A DNA stretch of 64,000 bases from the human T2T-CHM13v2.0 reference genome, Homo sapiens. The notes under the pieces were generated by a model that was given only the letters and a program-made list of their open reading frames with translations, did not search any database and was not told the DNA's origin. This document shows positions 18,329 to 40,076 of the stretch, one piece after another. The stretch covers positions 43,360,001 through 43,424,000 of the forward strand of contig CP086569.2 in assembly GCA_009914755.4 (NCBI GenBank). The letters are read 5' to 3'. Each line of letters opens with the position of its first letter. Position 1 is the first letter of the stretch. A program made the translations under genes and the position numbers.

Positions 18329-20427
18329 ATATTTTTTAAATGAAAAAAAATTTCAAAGGTACTCTGCTTGGTACAATAATCAAATGTATAAACTGAGGAA
18401 TAAAACATAACCATGAAACCTACTTATAACTGCATGTGGAAAATACAGAGGATAATTTTTTAAATAACATATTTTGAAAGCCTTAACTAGTAATTTGAAG
18501 AGTTGGCATTTGAAAGGCCAGTATGAATATACCTTCAAAGCAGCAACACAGGTTCCCCATGAGGAAAAGCAAACTCAGGGAAAATAAAACCACAAAGGTT
18601 CAATCTCTTCTGACCTTTGAAAGACACAGCACAGACAGTGGTCCTTAGGACGAAGAGCAGGAGACCCCTAATTCCGTCACCATGGCGATAGGGCATAAAC
18701 ATTGCTGGGTGAGGGCACAATCCACATTGTGAGGTCCAACTGCTGCCAGGAAGACAGGACTGCTTTTACATAGACCGAAAGGTCATTGAAGGCTCAGAGT
18801 TTTGTTTCAAGAACTGAATCCCAAGCCCACACGTTATTAGGCTGCGCTTCTTAAAACAGGTTATGAGATGGGAAAAAGGGCACCCACAAACATACGTATA
18901 CATTATGTATATAATAATATACAGTATCATATATATAATATATATAACCTATGTATAATATTGTTTTACATCCTGCATCTTATGTTATATATATTGTATA
19001 AAATATAATAATTGATAATATATAAGTATTATATTTATACAATATGGCATATAGTATATATTATAATTTATGACATATATAATATATGTTATATATCATA
19101 TATATAATATATTATATGGTTAATATACGTATTAAATATAAATTTTACATTATATATATTATATAAAATATATCTGATATATATAATACCCATTATGCAT
19201 AATATATATATTATGTCTATGTTATATATAGTATAAAACAACACATAATAATATATAATTCTATATATAAAATGCGACATATAATATATATTATATTTTA
19301 CGACATATGTAATATATATTATATATTATATATAATACGTTGTAGGTATAATTCCTATATTAAATATATATTATAGGACTATGTTATTAATTACATGTCA
19401 CATATGTTATATATTATATATTTTACATAGAATATACCGGTTACATACAATATATACTATGTTACCTATAATGTATAATTTATTACATGTAAAATAAAGA
19501 TTGCAATATATTATGTATAATTTATAGTATACAATATGTGGATTGTGATATATATAACATATAATATATGATATATGATATACAGTATATGATATATAAC
19601 ATGCAATATATGATACCTAATATATATGGTATACAATATATATTTTATGATATGTATTCTATATGTTTTATATTCTGTTATATATAACTATTTGAAATTA
19701 TATATAACTGTATAATATTTTATGTAAATATGTAATATAATATATATAACTATATAATATATTATATATAACTATATATTATGTTATATATAGATTTATA
19801 ACATAATTTACATAAAATATCATAATATAATATATATTATATTATTTCATATTACATAATATATATTACATATCACCCAATATAAGTAACATACATAATA
19901 TTATAATATAGATTATATTATGTTATATTAAATATCATATATATCATGTATCATATATTCTATAATATATATTACACATTATATAATATGTATGTTGTCT
20001 ATTATGTGATATATAGAACTATATATATAATTATATTATTATACATATAACTACATAAACATGTAATTCTAAATATTTTCATTTATAATATATAGAATTA
20101 TATAATCATATATAATTATTTATATTCTATAAAAAATTATATCATTATATAAATTATAATATATAAAAATTATAATATGTACTACAAATATATATATTAT
20201 ATATCATATATGATATAGTACCTTTGTTATATATCATAATACATATAAATGTGTATTATGTTATCTATAATTATATAAATTCATATATAAGATGTATAAT
20301 ATGTATCATATATTATATATGTTATGTAATATATATAGTATATATAAGCTGACACAGGATAAATATTATATACTATGACATATAAAATATATGAGGTTAT
20401 ATGTTACATATAAGGCATAGCACATAA

Positions 20428-20748
<321 letters not shown>

Positions 20749-22843
20749 ATATTTTTTAAATGAAAAAAAATTTCAAAGGTACTCTGCTTGGTACAATAAT
20801 CAAATGTATAAACTGAGGAATAAAACATAACCATGAAACCTACTTATAACTGCATATGGAAAATACAGAGGATAATTTTTTAAATAACATATTTTGAAAG
20901 CCTTAACTAGTAATTTGAAGAGTTGGTATTTGAAAGGCCAGTATGAATATACCTTCAAAGCAGCAACACAGGTTCCCCATGAGGAAAAGCAAACTCAGGG
21001 AAAATAAAACCACAAAGGTTCAATCTCTTCTGACCTTTGAAAGACACAGCACAGACAGTGGTCCTTAGGACGAAGAGCAGGAGACCCCTAATTCCGTCAC
21101 CATGGCGATAGGGCATAAACATTGCTGGGTGAGGGCACAATCCACATTGTGAGGTCCAACTGCTGCCAGGAAGACAGGAGTGCTTTTACATAGACCGAAA
21201 GGTCATTGAAGGCTCAGAGTTTTGTTTCAAGAACTGAATCCCAAGCCCACACGTTATTAGGCTGCGCTTCTTAAAACAGGTTATGAGATGGGAAAAAGGG
21301 CACCCACAAACATACGTATACATTATGTATATAATAATATACAGTATCATATATATAATATATATAACCTATGTATAATATTGTTTTACATCCTGCATCT
21401 TATGTTATATATATTGTATAAAATATAATAATTGATAATATATAAGTATTATATTTATACAATATGGCATATAGTATATATTATAATTTATGACATATAT
21501 AATATATGTTATATATCATATATAGAATATATTATACGGTTAATATACGTATTAAATATAAATTTTACATTATATATATTATATATAATATATCTGATAT
21601 ATATAATACCCATTATGCATAATATATATATTATGTCTATGTTATATATAGTATAAAACAACACATAATAATATATAATTGTATATATAAAATGCGACAT
21701 ATAATATATATTATATTTTACGACATATGTAATATATATTATATATTATATATAATACGTTGTAGGTATAATTCCTATATTAAATATATATTATAGGACT
21801 ATGTTATTAATTACATGTCACATATGTTATATATTATATATTTTACATAGAATATACCGGTTACATACAATATATACTATGTTACCTATAATGTATAATT
21901 TATTACATGTAAAATAAAGAATGCAATATATTATGTATAATTTATAATATACAATATGTGGAATGTGATATATATAACATATAATATATGATATATGATA
22001 TACAGTATATGATATATAACATACAATGTATGATACCTAATATATATGGTATACAATATATATTTTATGATATGTATTCTATATGTTTTATATTCTGTTA
22101 TATATAACTATTTGAAATTATATATAACTGTATAATATTTTATGTAAATATGTAATATAATATATAACTATATAATATATTATATATAACTATATATTAT
22201 GTTATATATACTTTTATAACATAATTTACATAAAATATCATAATATAATATATATTATATTATTTCATATTACATAATATATATTACATATCACCCAATA
22301 TAAGTAACATACATAATATTATAATATAGATTATATTATGTTATATTAAATATCATATATATCATGTATCATATATTCTATAGTATATATGATACATTAT
22401 ATAATATGTATGTTGTCTATTATGTGATATATATAACTATATATAATTATATTATTATACATATTACTAGATAAACATGTAATTCTACATATTTTCATTT
22501 ATAATATATAGAATTATATAATCATATATAATTATTTATATTCTATAAAAAATTATATCATTATATAAATTATAATATATAAAAATTATAATATGTACTA
22601 CAAATATATATATTATATATCATATATGATATAGTACCTTTGTTATATATCATAATACATATAAATGTGTATTATGTTATCTATAATTATATAATTTCAT
22701 ATATAAGATGTATAATATGTATCATATATTATATATGTTATGTAATATATATAGTATATATAAGATGACACAGGATAAATATTATATACTATGACATATA
22801 AAATATATGAGGTTATATGTTACATATAAGGCATAGCACATAA

Positions 22844-23164
<321 letters not shown>

Positions 23165-25263
23165 ATATTTTTTAAATGAAAAAAAATTTCAAAGGTACTC
23201 TGCTTGGTACAATAATCAAATGTATAAACTGAGGAATAAAACATAACCATGAAACCTACTTATAACTGCATGTGGAAAATACAGAGGATAATTTTTTAAA
23301 TAACATATTTTGAAAGCCTTAACTAGTAATTTGAAGAGTTGGCATTTGAAAGGCCAGTATGAATATACCTTCAAAGCAGCAACACAGGTTCCCCATGAGG
23401 AAAAGCAAACTCAGGGAAAATAAAACCACAAAGGTTCAATCTCTTCTGACCTTTGAAAGACACAGCACAGACAGTGGTCCTTAGGACGAAGAGCAGGAGA
23501 CCCCTAATTCCGTCACCATGGCGATAGGGCATAAACATTGCTGGGTGAGGGCACAATCCACATTGTGAGGTCCAACTGCTGCCAGGAAGACAGGACTGCT
23601 TTTACATAGACCGAAAGGTCATTGAAGGCTCAGAGTTTTGTTTCAAGAACTGAATCCCAAGCCCACACGTTATTAGGCTGCGCTTCTTAAAACAGGTTAT
23701 GAGATGGGAAAAAGGGCACCCACAAACATACGTATACATTATGTATATAATAATATACAGTATCATATATATAATATATATAACCTATGTATAATATTGT
23801 TTTACATCCTGCATCTTATGTTATATATATTGTATAAAATATAATAATTGATAATATATAAGTATTATATTTATACAATATGGCATATAGTATATATTAT
23901 AATTTATGACATATATAATATATGTTATATATCATATATATAATATATTATATGGTTAATATACGTATTAAATATAAATTTTACATTATATATATTATAT
24001 AAAATATATCTGATATATATAATACCCATTATGCATAATATATATATTATGTCTATGTTATATATAGTATAAAACAACACATAATAATATATAATTCTAT
24101 ATATAAAATGCGACATATAATATATATTATATTTTACGACATATGTAATATATATTATATATTATATATAATACGTTGTAGGTATAATTCCTATATTAAA
24201 TATATATTATAGGACTATGTTATTAATTACATGTCACATATGTTATATATTATATATTTTACATAGAATATACCGGTTACATACAATATATACTATGTTA
24301 CCTATAATGTATAATTTATTACATGTAAAATAAAGATTGCAATATATTATGTATAATTTATAGTATACAATATGTGGATTGTGATATATATAACATATAA
24401 TATATGATATATGATATACAGTATATGATATATAACATGCAATATATGATACCTAATATATATGGTATACAATATATATTTTATGATATGTATTCTATAT
24501 GTTTTATATTCTGTTATATATAACTATTTGAAATTATATATAACTGTATAATATTTTATGTAAATATGTAATATAATATATATAACTATATAATATATTA
24601 TATATAACTATATATTATGTTATATATAGTTTTATAACATAATTTACATAAAATATCATAATATAATATATATTATATTATTTCATATTACATAATATAT
24701 ATTACATATCACCCAATATAAGTAACATACATAATATTATAATATAGATTATATTATGTTATATTAAATATCATATATATCATGTATCATATATTCTATA
24801 ATATATATTACACATTATATAATATGTATGTTGTCTATTATGTGATATATAGAACTATATATATAATTATATTATTATACATATAACTACATAAACATGT
24901 AATTCTAAATATTTTCATTTATAATATATAGAATTATATAATCATATATAATTATTTATATTCTATAAAAAATTATATCATTATGTAAATTATAATATAT
25001 AAAAATTATAATATGTACTACAAATATATATATTATATATCATATATGATATAGTACCTTTGTTATATATCATAATACATATAAATGTGTATTATGTTAT
25101 CTATAATTATATAAATTCATATATAAGATGTATAATATGTATCATATATTATATATGTTATGTAATATATATAGTATATATAAGCTGACACAGGATAAAT
25201 ATTATATACTATGACATATAAAATATATGAGGTTATATGTTACATATAAGGCATAGCACATAA

Positions 25264-25584
<321 letters not shown>

Positions 25585-27679
25585 ATATTTTTTAAATGAA
25601 AAAAAATTTCAAAGGTACTCTGCTTGGTACAATAATCAAATGTATAAACTGAGGAATAAAACATAACCATGAAACCTACTTATAACTGCATATGGAAAAT
25701 ACAGAGGATAATTTTTTAAATAACATATTTTGAAAGCCTTAACTAGTAATTTGAAGAGTTGGTATTTGAAAGGCCAGTATGAATATACCTTCAAAGCAGC
25801 AACACAGGTTCCCCATGAGGAAAAGCAAACTCAGGGAAAATAAAACCACAAAGGTTCAATCTCTTCTGACCTTTGAAAGACACAGCACAGACAGTGGTCC
25901 TTAGGACGAAGAGCAGGAGACCCCTAATTCCGTCACCATGGCGATAGGGCATAAACATTGCTGGGTGAGGGCACAATCCACATTGTGAGGTCCAACTGCT
26001 GCCAGGAAGACAGGAGTGCTTTTACATAGACCGAAAGGTCATTGAAGGCTCAGAGTTTTGTTTCAAGAACTGAATCCCAAGCCCACACGTTATTAGGCTG
26101 CGCTTCTTAAAACAGGTTATGAGATGGGAAAAAGGGCACCCACAAACATACGTATACATTATGTATATAATAATATACAGTATCATATATATAATATATA
26201 TAACCCATGTATAATATTGTTTTACATCCTGCATCTTATATTATATATATTGTATAAAATATAATAATTGATAATATATAAATTTTATATTTATACAATA
26301 TGACATATAGTATATATTATAATTTATTACATATATAATATATGTTATATATCATATATAGAATATATTATACGGTTAATATACGTATTAAATATAAATT
26401 ATACATTATATATATTATATATAATATATCTGCTATATATAATACCCATTGTGCATAATATATATATTATGTCTATGTTATATATAGTATAAAACAACAT
26501 ATAATAATATATAATTGTATATATAAAACGCGACATATAATATATATTATATTTTATGACATATGTAATATATATTATATATTATATATAATACGTTGTA
26601 TGTATAATACCTATATTAAATATAAATTATATGACTATGTTATTAATTACATGTCACATATGTTATATATTATATATTTTACATAGAATATACCGGTTAC
26701 ATACAATATATACTATGTTACCTATAATGTATAATTTATTACATGTAAAATAAAGAATGTAATATATTACGTATAATTTATAATATACAATATGTGGAAT
26801 GTGATATATATAACATATAATATATGATATATGATATACAGTATATGATATATAACATACAATATATGATACCTAATATATATGGTATACAATATATATT
26901 TTATGATATGTATTCTATATGTTTTATATTCTGATATATATAACTATTTGAAATTATATATAACTGTATAATATTTTATGTAAATATGTAATATAATATA
27001 TAACTATATAATATATTATATATAACTATATATTATGTTATATATACTTTTATAACATAATTTACATAAAATATCATAATATAATATATATTATATTATT
27101 TCATATTACATAATATATATTACATATCACCCAATATAAGTAACATACATAATATTATAATATAGATTATATTATGTTATATTAAATATCATATATATCA
27201 TGTATCATATATTCTATAATATATATGATACATTATATAATATGTATGCTGTCTATTATGTGATATATATAACTATATATAATTATATTATTATACATAT
27301 TACTAGATAAACATGTAATTCTACATATTTTCATTTATAATATATAGAATTATATAATCATATATAATTATTTATATTCTATAAAAAATTATATCATTAT
27401 ATAAATTATAATATATAAAAATTATAATATGTACTACAAATATATATATTATATATCATATATGATATAGTACCTTTGTTATATATCATAATACATATAA
27501 ATGTGTATTATGTTATCTATAATTATATAATTTCATATATAAGATGTATAATATGTATTATATATTATATATGTTATGTAATATATATAGTATATATAAG
27601 ATGACACAGGATAAATATTATATACTATGACATATAAAATATATGAGGTTATATGTTACATATAAGGCATAGCACATAA

Positions 27680-28000
<321 letters not shown>

Positions 28001-30095
28001 ATATTTTTTAAATGAAAAAAAATTTCAAAGGTACTCTGCTTGGTACAATAATCAAATGTATAAACTGAGGAATAAAACATAACCATGAAACCTACTTATA
28101 ACTGCATATGGAAAATACAGAGGATAATTTTTTAAATAACATATTTTGAAAGCCTTAACTAGTAATTTGAAGAGTTGGCATTTGAAAGGCCAGTATGAAT
28201 ACACCTTCAAAGCAGCAACACAGGTTCCCCATGAGAAAAAGCAAACTCAGGGAAAATAAAACCACAAAGGTTCAATCTCTTCTGACCTTTGAAAGACACA
28301 GCACAGACAGTGGTCCTTAGGACGAAGAGCAGGAGACCCCTAATTCCGTCACCATGGCGATAGGGCATAAACATTGCTGGGTGAGGGCACAATCCACATT
28401 GTGAGGTCCAACTGCTGCCAGGAAGACAGGAGTGCTTTTATATAGACCGAAAGGTCATTGAAGGCTCAGAGTTTTGTTTCAAGAACTGAATCCCAAGCCC
28501 ACACGTTATTAGGCTGCGCTTCTTAAAACAAGTTATGAGATGGGAAAAAGGGCACCTACAAACATACGTATACATTATGTATATAATAATATACAGTATC
28601 ATATATATAATATATATAACCCATGTATAATATTGTTTTACATCCTGCATCTTATATTATATATATTGTATAAAATATAATAATTGATAATATATAAATT
28701 TTATATTTATACAATATGACATATAGTATATATTATAATTTATTACATATATAATATATGTTATATATCATATATAGAATATATTATACGGTTAATATAC
28801 GTATTAAATATAAATTATACATTATATATATTATATATAATATATCTGCTATATATAATACCCATTGTGCATAATATATATATTATGTCTATGTTATATA
28901 TAGTATAAAACAACATATAATAATATATAATTGTATATATAAAACGCGACATATAATATATATTATATTTTATGACATATGTAATATATATTATATATTA
29001 TATATAATACGTTGTATGTATAATACCTATATTAAATATAAATTATATGACTATGTTATTAATTACATGTCACATATGTTATATATTATATATTTTACAT
29101 AGAATATACCGGTTACATACAATATATACTATGTTACCTATAATGTATAATTTATTACATGTAAAATAAAGAATGTAATATATTACGTATAATTTATAAT
29201 ATACAATATGTGGAATGTGATATATATAACATATAATATATGATATATGATATACAGTATATGATATATAACATACAATATATGATACCTAATATATATG
29301 GTATACAATATATATTTTATGATATGTATTCTATATGTTTTATATTCTGATATATATAACTATTTGAAATTATATATAACTGTATAATATTTTATGTAAA
29401 TATGTAATATAATATATAACTATATAATATATTATATATAACTATATATTATGTTATATATACTTTTATAACATAATTTACATAAAATATCATAATATAA
29501 TATATATTATATTATTTCATATTACATAATATATATTACATATCACCCAATATAAGTAACATACATAATATTATAATATAGATTATATTATGTTATATTA
29601 AATATCATATATATCATGTATCATATATTCTATAATATATATGATACATTATATAATATGTATGCTGTCTATTATGTGATATATATAACTATATATAATT
29701 ATATTATTATACATATTACTAGATAAACATGTAATTCTACATATTTTCATTTATAATATATAGAATTATATAATCATATATAATTATTTATATTCTATAA
29801 AAAATTATATCATTATATAAATTATAATATATAAAAATTATAATATGTACTACAAATATATATATTATATATCATATATGATATAGTACCTTTGTTATAT
29901 ATCATAATACATATAAATGTGTATTATGTTATCTATAATTATATAATTTCATATATAAGATGTATAATATGTATTATATATTATATATGTTATGTAATAT
30001 ATATAGTATATATAAGATGACACAGGATAAATATTATATACTATGACATATAAAATATATGAGGTTATATGTTACATATAAGGCATAGCACATAA

Positions 30096-30416
<321 letters not shown>

Positions 30417-32511
30417 ATATTTTTTAAATGAAAAAAAATTTCAAAGGTACTCTGCTTGGTACAATAATCAAATGTATAAACTGAGGAATAAAACATAACC
30501 ATGAAACCTACTTATAACTGCATATGGAAAATACAGAGGATAATTTTTTAAATAACATATTTTGAAAGCCTTAACTAGTAATTTGAAGAGTTGGCATTTG
30601 AAAGGCCAGTATGAATACACCTTCAAAGCAGCAACACAGGTTCCCCATGAGAAAAAGCAAACTCAGGGAAAATAAAACCACAAAGGTTCAATCTCTTCTG
30701 ACCTTTGAAAGACACAGCACAGACAGTGGTCCTTAGGACGAAGAGCAGGAGACCCCTAATTCCGTCACCATGGCGATAGGGCATAAACATTGCTGGGTGA
30801 GGGCACAATCCACATTGTGAGGTCCAACTGCTGCCAGGAAGACAGGAGTGCTTTTATATAGACCGAAAGGTCATTGAAGGCTCAGAGTTTTGTTTCAAGA
30901 ACTGAATCCCAAGCCCACACGTTATTAGGCTGCGCTTCTTAAAACAAGTTATGAGATGGGAAAAAGGGCACCTACAAACATACGTATACATTATGTATAT
31001 AATAATATACAGTATCATATATATAATATATATAACCCATGTATAATATTGTTTTACATCCTGCATCTTATATTATATATATTGTATAAAATATAATAAT
31101 TGATAATATATAAATTTTATATTTATACAATATGACATATAGTATATATTATAATTTATTACATATATAATATATGTTATATATCATATATAGAATATAT
31201 TATACGGTTAATATACGTATTAAATATAAATTATACATTATATATATTATATATAATATATCTGCTATATATAATACCCATTGTGCATAATATATATATT
31301 ATGTCTATGTTATATATAGTATAAAACAACATATAATAATATATAATTGTATATATAAAACGCGACATATAATATATATTATATTTTATGACATATGTAA
31401 TATATATTATATATTATATGTAATACGTTGTATGTATAATACCTATATTAAATATAAATTATATGACTATGTTATTAATTACATGTCACATATGTTATAT
31501 ATTATATATTTTACATAGAATATACCGGTTACATACAATATATACTATGTTACCTATAATGTATAATTTATTACATGTAAAATAAAGAATGCAATATATT
31601 ATGTATAATTTATAATATACAATATGTGGAATGTGATATATATAACATATAATATATGATATATGATATACAGTATATGATATATAACATACAATATATG
31701 ATACCTAATATATATGGTATACAATATATATTTTATGATATGTATTCTATATGTTTTATATTCTGTTATATATAACTATTTGAAATTATATATAACTGTA
31801 TAATATTTTATGTAAATATGTAATATAATATATAACTATATAATATATTATATATAACTATATATTATGTTATATATACTTTTATAACATAATTTACATA
31901 AAATATCATAATATAATATATATTATATTATTTCATATTACATAATATATATTACATATCACCCAATATAAGTAACATACATAATATTATAATATAGATT
32001 ATATTATGTTATATTAAATATCATATATATCATGTATCATATATTCTATAATATATATGATACATTATATAATATGTATGTTGTCTATTATGTGATATAT
32101 ATAACTATATATAATTATATTATTATACATATTACTAGATAAACATGTAATTCTACATATTTTCATTTATAATATATAGAATTATATAATCATATATAAT
32201 TATTTATATTCTATAAAAAATTATATCATTATATAAATTATAATATATAAAAATTATAATATGTACTACAAATATATATATTATATATCATATATGGTAT
32301 AGTACCTTTGTTATATATCATAATACATATAAATGTGTATTATGTTATCTATAATTATATAATTTCATATATAAGATGTATAATATGTATTATATATTAT
32401 ATATGTTATGTAATATATATAGTATATATAAGATGACACAGGATAAATATTATATACTATGACATATAAAATATATGAGGTTATATGTTACATATAAGGC
32501 ATAGCACATAA

Positions 32512-32832
<321 letters not shown>

Positions 32833-34925
32833 ATATTTTTTAAATGAAAAAAAATTTCAAAGGTACTCTGCTTGGTACAATAATCAAATGTATAAACTGA
32901 GGAATAAAACATAACCATGAAACCTACTTATAACTGCATATGGAAAATACAGAGGATAATTTTTTAAATCACATATTTTGAAAGCCTTAACTAGTAATTT
33001 GAAGAGTTGGCATTTGAAAGGCCAGTATGAATATACCTTCAAAGCAGCAACACAGGTTCCCCATGAGAAAAAGCAAACTCAGGGAAAATAAAACCACAAA
33101 GGTTCAATCTCTTCTGACCTTTGAAAGACACAGCACAGACAGTGGTCCTTAGGACGAAGAGCAGGAGACCCCTAATTCCGTCACCATGGCGATAGGGCAT
33201 AAACATTGCTGGGTGAGGGCACAATCCACATTGTGAGGTCCAACTGCTGCCAGGAAGACAGGAGTGCTTTTACATAGACCGAAAGGTCATTGAAGGCTCA
33301 GAGTTTTGTTTCAAGAACTGAATCCCAAGCCCACACGTTATTAGGCTGCGCTTCTTAAAACAAGTTATGAGATGGGAAAAAGGGCACCTACAAACATACG
33401 TATACATTATGTATATAATAATATACAGTATCATATATATAATATATATAACCCATGTATAATATTGTTTTACATCCTGCATCTTATATTATATATATTG
33501 TATAAAATATAATAATTGATAATATATAAATTTTATATTTATACAATATGACATATAGTATATATTATAATTTATTACATATATAATATATGTTATATAT
33601 CATATATAGAATATATTATACGGTTAATATACGTATTAAATATAAATTATACATTATATATATTATATATAATATATCTGCTATATATAATACCCATTGT
33701 GCATAATATATATATTATGTCTATGTTATATAATATAAAACAACATATAATAATATATAATTGCATATATAAAACGCGACATATAATATATATTATATTT
33801 TATGACATATGTAATATATATTATATATTATATATAATACGTTGTATGTATAATACCTATATTAAATATAAATTATATGACTATGTTATTAATTACATGT
33901 CACATATGTTATATATTATATATTTTACATAGAATATACCGGTTACATACAATATATACTATGTTACCTATAATGTATAATTTATTACATGTAAAATAAA
34001 GAATGCAATATATTATGTATAATTTATAATATACAATATGTGGAATGTGATATATATAACATATAATATATGATATATGATATACAGTATATGATATATA
34101 ACATACAATATATGATACCTAATATATATGGTATACAATATATATTTTATGATATGTATTCTATATGTTTTATATTCTGATATATATAACTATTTGAAAT
34201 TATATATAACTGTATAATATTTTATGTAAATATGTAATATAATATATAACTATATAATATATTATATATAACTATATATTATGTTATATATACTTTTATA
34301 ACATAATTTACATAAAATATCATAATATAATATATATTATATTATTTCATATTACATAATATATATTACATATCACCCAATATAAGTAACATACATAATA
34401 TTATAATATAGATTATATTATGTTATATTAAATATCATATATATCATGTATCATATATTCTATAATATATATGATACATTATATAATATGTATGCTGTCT
34501 ATTATGTGATATATATAACTATATATAATTATATTATTATACATATTACTAGATAAACATGTAATTCTACATATTTTCATTTATAATATATAGAATTATA
34601 TAATCATATATAATTATTTATATTCTATAAAAAATTATATCATTATATAAATTATAATATATAAAAATTATAATATGTACTACAAATATATATATTATAT
34701 ATCATATATGATATAGTACCTTTGTTATATATCATAATACATATAAATGTGTATTATGCTATCTATAATTATATAATTTCATATATAAGATGTATAATAT
34801 GTATTATATATTATATATGTTATGTAATATATATAGCATATATAAGATGACACAGGATAAATATTATATACTATGACATATAAAATATATGAGGTTATAT
34901 GTTACATATAAGGCATAGCACATAA

Positions 34926-35246
<321 letters not shown>

Positions 35247-37339
35247 ATATTTTTTAAATGAAAAAAAATTTCAAAGGTACTCTGCTTGGTACAATAATCA
35301 AATGTATAAACTGAGGAATAAAACATAACCATGAAACCTACTTATAACTGCATATGGAAAATACAGAGGATAATTTTTTAAATAACATATTTTGAAAGCC
35401 TTAACTAGTAATTTGAAGAGTTGGCATTTGAAAGGCCAGTATGAATACACCATCAAAGCAGCAACACAGGTTCCCCATGAGAAAAAGCAAACTCAGGGAA
35501 AATAAAACCACAAAGGTTCAATCTCTTCTGACCTTTGAAAGACACAGCACAGACAGTGGTCCTTAGGACGAAGAGCAGGAGACCCCTAATTCCGTCACCA
35601 TGGCGATAGGGCATAAACATTGCTGGGTGAGGGCACAATCCACATTGTGAGGTCCAACTGCTGCCAGGAAGACAGGAGTGCTTTTACATAGACCGAAAGG
35701 TCATTGAAGGCTCAGAGTTTTGTTTCAAGAACTGAATCCCAAGCCCACACGTTATTAGGCTGCGCTTCTTAAAACAAGTTATGAGATGGGAAAAAGGGCA
35801 CCTACAAACATACGTATACATTATGTATATAATAATATACAGTATCATATATATAATATATATAACCCATGTATAATATTGTTTTACATCCTGCATCTTA
35901 TATTATATATATTGTATAAAATATAATAATTGATAATATATAAATTTTATATTTATACAATATGACATATAGTATATATTATTATTTATTACATATATAA
36001 TATATGTTATATATCATATATAGAATATATTATACGGTTAATATACGAATTAAATATAAATTATACATTATATATATTATATATAATATATCTGCTATAT
36101 ATAATACCCATTGTGCATAATATATATATTATGTCTATGTTATATAATATAAAACAACATATAATAATATATAATTGCATATATAAAACGCGACATATAA
36201 TATATATTATATTTTATGACATATGTAATATATATTATATATTATATATAATACGTTGTATGTATAATACCTATATTAAATATAAATTATATGACTATGT
36301 TATTAATTACATGTCACATATGTTATATATTATATATTTTACATAGAATATACCGGTTACATACAATATATACTATGTTACCTATAATGTATAATTTATT
36401 ACATGTAAAATAAAGAATGCAATATATTATGTATAATTTATAATATACAATATGTGGAATGTGATATATATAACATATAATATATGATATATGATATACA
36501 GTATATGATATATAACATACAATATATGATACCTAATATATATGGTATACAATATATATTTTATGATATGTATTCTATATGTTTTATATTCTGATATATA
36601 TAACTATTTGAAATTATATATAACTGTATAATATTTTATGTAAATATGTAATATAATATATAACTATATAATATATTATATATAACTATATATTATGTTA
36701 TATATACTTTTATAACATAATTTACATAAAATATCATAATATAATATATATTATATTATTTCATATTACATAATATATATTACATATCACCCAATATAAG
36801 TAACATACATAATATTATAATATAGATTATATTATGTTATATTAAATATCATATATATCATGTATCATATATTCTATAATATATATGATACATTATATAA
36901 TATGTATGCTGTCTATTATGTGATATATATAACTATATATAATTATATTATTATACATATTACTAGATAAACATGTAATTCTACATATTTTCATTTATAA
37001 TATATAGAATTATATAATCATATATAATTATTTATATTCTATAAAAAATTATATCATTATATAAATTATAATATATAAAAATTATAATATGTACTACAAA
37101 TATATATATTATATATCATATATGATATAGTACCTTTGTTATATATCATAATACATATAAATGTGTATTATGTTATCTATAATTATATAATTTCATATAT
37201 AAGATGTATAATATGTATTATATATTATATATGTTATGTAATATATATAGTATATATAAGATGACACAGGATAAATATTATATACTATGACATATAAAAT
37301 ATATGAGGTTATATGTTACATATAAGGCATAGCACATAA

Positions 37340-37660
<321 letters not shown>

Positions 37661-39755
37661 ATATTTTTTAAATGAAAAAAAATTTCAAAGGTACTCTGCT
37701 TGGTACAATAATCAAATGTATAAACTGAGGAATAAAACATAACCATGAAACCTACTTATAACTGCATATGGAAAATACAGAGGATAATTTTTTAAATAAC
37801 ATATTTTGAAAGCCTTAACTAGTAATTTGAAGAGTTGGCATTTGAAAGGCCAGTATGAATACACCTTCAAAGCAGCAACACAGGTTCCCCATGAGAAAAA
37901 GCAAACTCAGGGAAAATAAAACCACAAAGGTTCAATCTCTTCTGACCTTTGAAAGACACAGCACAGACAGTGGTCCTTAGGACGAAGAGCAGGAGACCCC
38001 TAATTCCGTCACCATGGCGATAGGGCATAAACATTGCTGGGTGAGGGCACAATCCACATTGTGAGGTCCAACTGCTGCCAGGAAGACAGGAGTGCTTTTA
38101 CATAGACCGAAAGGTCATTGAAGGCTCAGAGTTTTGTTTCAAGAACTGAATCCCAAGCCCACACGTTATTAGGCTGCGCTTCTTAAAACAAGTTATGAGA
38201 TGGGAAAAAGGGCACCTACAAACATACGTATACATTATGTATATAATAATATACAGTATCATATATATAATATATATAACCCATGTATAATATTGTTTTA
38301 CATCCTGCATCTTATATTATATATATTGTATAAAATATAATAATTGATAATATATAAATTTTATATTTATACAATATGACATATAGTATATATTATAATT
38401 TATTACATATATAATATATGTTATATATCATATATAGAATATATTATACGGTTAATATACGTATTAAATATAAATTATACATTATATATATTATATATAA
38501 TATATCTGCTATATATAATACCCATTGTGCATAATATATATATTATGTCTATGTTATATATAGTATAAAACAACATATAATAATATATAATTGTATATAT
38601 AAAACGCGACATATAATATATATTATATTTTATGACATATGTAATATATATTATATATTATATATAATACGTTGTATGTATAATACCTATATTAAATATA
38701 AATTATATGACTATGTTATTAATTACATGTCACATATGTTATATATTATATATTTTACATAGAATATACCGGTTACATACAATATATACTATGTTACCTA
38801 TAATGTATAATTTATTACATGTAAAATAAAGAATGCAATATATTATGTATAATTTATAATATACAATATGTGGAATGTGATATATATAACATATAATATA
38901 TGATATATGATATACAGTATATGATATATAACATACAATCTATGATACCTAATATATATGGTATACAATATATATTTTATGATATGTATTCTATATGTTT
39001 TATATTCTGTTATATATAACTATTTGAAATTATATATAACTGTATAATATTTTATGTAAATATGTAATATAATATATAACTATATAATATATTATATATA
39101 ACTATATATTATGTTATATATACTTTTATAACATAATTTACATAAAATATCATAATATAATATATATTATATTATTTCATATTACATAATATATATTACA
39201 TATCACCCAATATAAGTAACATACATAATATTATAATATAGATTATATTATGTTATATTAAATATCATATATATCATGTATCATATATTCTATAATATAT
39301 ATGATACATTATATAATATGTATGTTGTCTATTATGTGATATATATAACTATATATAATTATATTATTATACATATTACTAGATAAACATGTAATTCTAC
39401 ATATTTTCATTTATAATATATAGAATTATATAATCATATATAATTATTTATATTCTATAAAAAATTATATCATTATATAAATTATAATATATAAAAATTA
39501 TAATATGTACTACAAATATATATATTATATATCATATATGATATAGTACCTTTGTTATATATCATAATACATATAAATGTGTATTATGTTATCTATAATT
39601 ATATAATTTCATATATAAGATATATAATATGTATTATATATTATATATGTTATGTAATATATATAGTATATATAAGATGACACAGGATAAATATTATATA
39701 CTATGACATATAAAATATATGAGGTTATATGTTACATATAAGGCATAGCACATAA

Positions 39756-40076
<321 letters not shown>
